From Octopus bimaculoides (taxonomy: Eukaryota), in the NCBI RefSeq assembly GCF_001194135.2, contig NC_068989.1, positions 70,507,185-70,571,184 of the forward strand: 64,000 nucleotides of DNA, given 5' to 3'. Shown here piece after piece: positions 62,594 through 64,000 of this stretch. Both the position numbers and the translations under genes were made by a program. Within the stretch, counting starts at the first letter, position 1, and the number at the start of each line of letters is the position of its first letter. Under the pieces are notes generated by a model. That model saw nothing but the letters and a program-made list of their open reading frames with translations, had not been told where the DNA came from and did no database searches.

Positions 62594-62850
62594 CGTATGT
62601 GTGTGTGTGTGCATGTGTGTTTACATCTTCTTGTCTTGACATCACATGATAGATAATTGCAAATAAGTATCACTGTCATACAAGCAATATTATTCCTTTC
62701 CAATATTGTACCAAAACTTATCCTCCAGTCATGGAAATACTACCTTGCTTGAAAACAGGTGAGAGTTGGCAACATGATGAGTATCTACCTCAATGAATTT
62801 TGCCTGACCTATGCAAATATGGAGAAGTGAACATTAAAATGATAACAATG
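61965..62850. mobile_element. Family B-variant SINE (+) interrupted by a family D element (-, about 62098-62510)
   Basis: B head at 61965-62097; (CAT)n-tailed D copy; B-variant tail ttgacatcacatgatag at about 62635. Confidence 0.6.
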
Positions 62851-63762
62851 ATCTACAATGATTAGACATTGCAACAATGGGTTTAAATTGTGATTGTAGT
62901 ATCCAGCCAGAAGAAAAAGAAACTCAAGGCATGATTACACGAATATGAAAGCACATATGTGTGCGTACACACATACACCTAACTATATATGTATTTTCAG
63001 TTTCTTTCACCTAACACATTCGATGTTTAAAAACAACAACAAAAAAAAAAAAGATAAAAATTGTTCAACAAAGATGCCAAAGTTGATGTCCTTGAAATTA
63101 GTTCTTTGTTCCGAGACAAAAAAAAAATTCCTGTTAATATCAGAGAGCTGTGATCAAACTGAACTTGCAAATGAAGAAGGGGAACCATCCAATGTGACAA
63201 AGCGTGCCTTGCACAGTTGACAGAATAAAATATTTGCTGATTGAGGTTTTGGAAAACAATAACAAAAAACAAAAAGTTTGTTGTCAATGCCAAAGTTATT
63301 TTTCTGAAAATTTTAAAACAAATATTGAGAATATTGCAATCATAATACTAAAAAATGTCTAAGAATAGAAGGTTTTCAAAGAAACAAGTAATTGGATGAC
63401 TAATTAAATGAATTAATTAATCAATAAACAAGACATACAAACCTGAAAATGTATGAAATAATCACAAAAAAGATAAAGATTATGATACAGAAAATGAAAG
63501 TATAGATTTATGATATAGTTACAAATTCTTTGATATATGAAGAATATATATGTTTTTTTTTTTTTGCTTTGTTCTTTTATCAAACACTCATAAGACTAAC
63601 TAATATATTGTCATTTGTTAAATGTCCCAAACTTGTTCACATGGCTTATTGAAAGGTCTCTCTCTATTTAGCAACTCCTTTTTCTAGGCATCTATTTTTC
63701 CTCAATATACTAAAATTTGACAAGTAAAAATATAATTTCTATCACCTAGAAAACATGCATTA

Positions 63763-64000
63763 TTAACCCTTTTGATACCAGCCCTGGTTATATGATACAA
63801 ACTTCCTCTTTTAAAGTCATTTAAATTCAAAACCTTTATTCACATATTAACTTTGGGTTACCAACCTGCCCAAGACTGACCCTGGTTCTAAGAATCAAAA
63901 TTAAAAATTCTGTCAAAGTTATATATTAATTTATGATTTATGTTCCAAATATATTACTAAATCCTTTGTTATTTTCAAAATTACTTGAAACAAAGGCAGT
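63763..64000. mobile_element. piggyBac-type MITE, left part
   Basis: ttaacccttttgatacc start; tgaaacaaaggcagt shared with other copies. Confidence 0.65.

Noticed and set aside
63165-63207. Candidate 43-nt exon (ARFVTLDGSPSSFA) that would feed frame model 2
   Set aside because: Acceptor and donor are both weak and all three frames are open, so it is not informative

Overview
AT-rich, microsatellite- and SINE-dense eukaryotic DNA with 7 assembly gaps. The repeat landscape looks like an octopus genome; this is inferred from the SINE families, not from a search. The whole window lies inside one minus-strand gene, an MTSS1/MIM (Missing-in-Metastasis, I-BAR family) homologue. It is recognised by RTSLQCSSGYGTMNSTPAGSEDTI and KYFTIPRNNSDMVSAYKAEVVNKRPASTAG, which match the vertebrate MTSS1 motifs RDSLQCSSGY...CSEDTI and KSSTIPRNSDI...KRPASTAG. 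Five phase-compatible coding exons join into one open frame: 40624-40458, 32504-32376, 22294-22105, 8453-8325 and 729-1. The IMD-coding 5' part and the WH2-coding 3' end lie outside the window. The main hunt result is a set of candidate frame-preserving microexons of 9, 21, 24, 33 and 39 nt hidden in the introns. There is also a possible 2-nt exon that would switch reading frame, and a GC-donor cassette exon that duplicates a helical motif. Intronic structures include a hammerhead-like motif in a Penelope-like repeat nested in a hAT MITE, a pre-miRNA-like hairpin, a perfect 76-bp inverted repeat and head-to-tail stacks of one SINE family. All exon calls come from splice signals and reading frame only and need RNA-seq confirmation.
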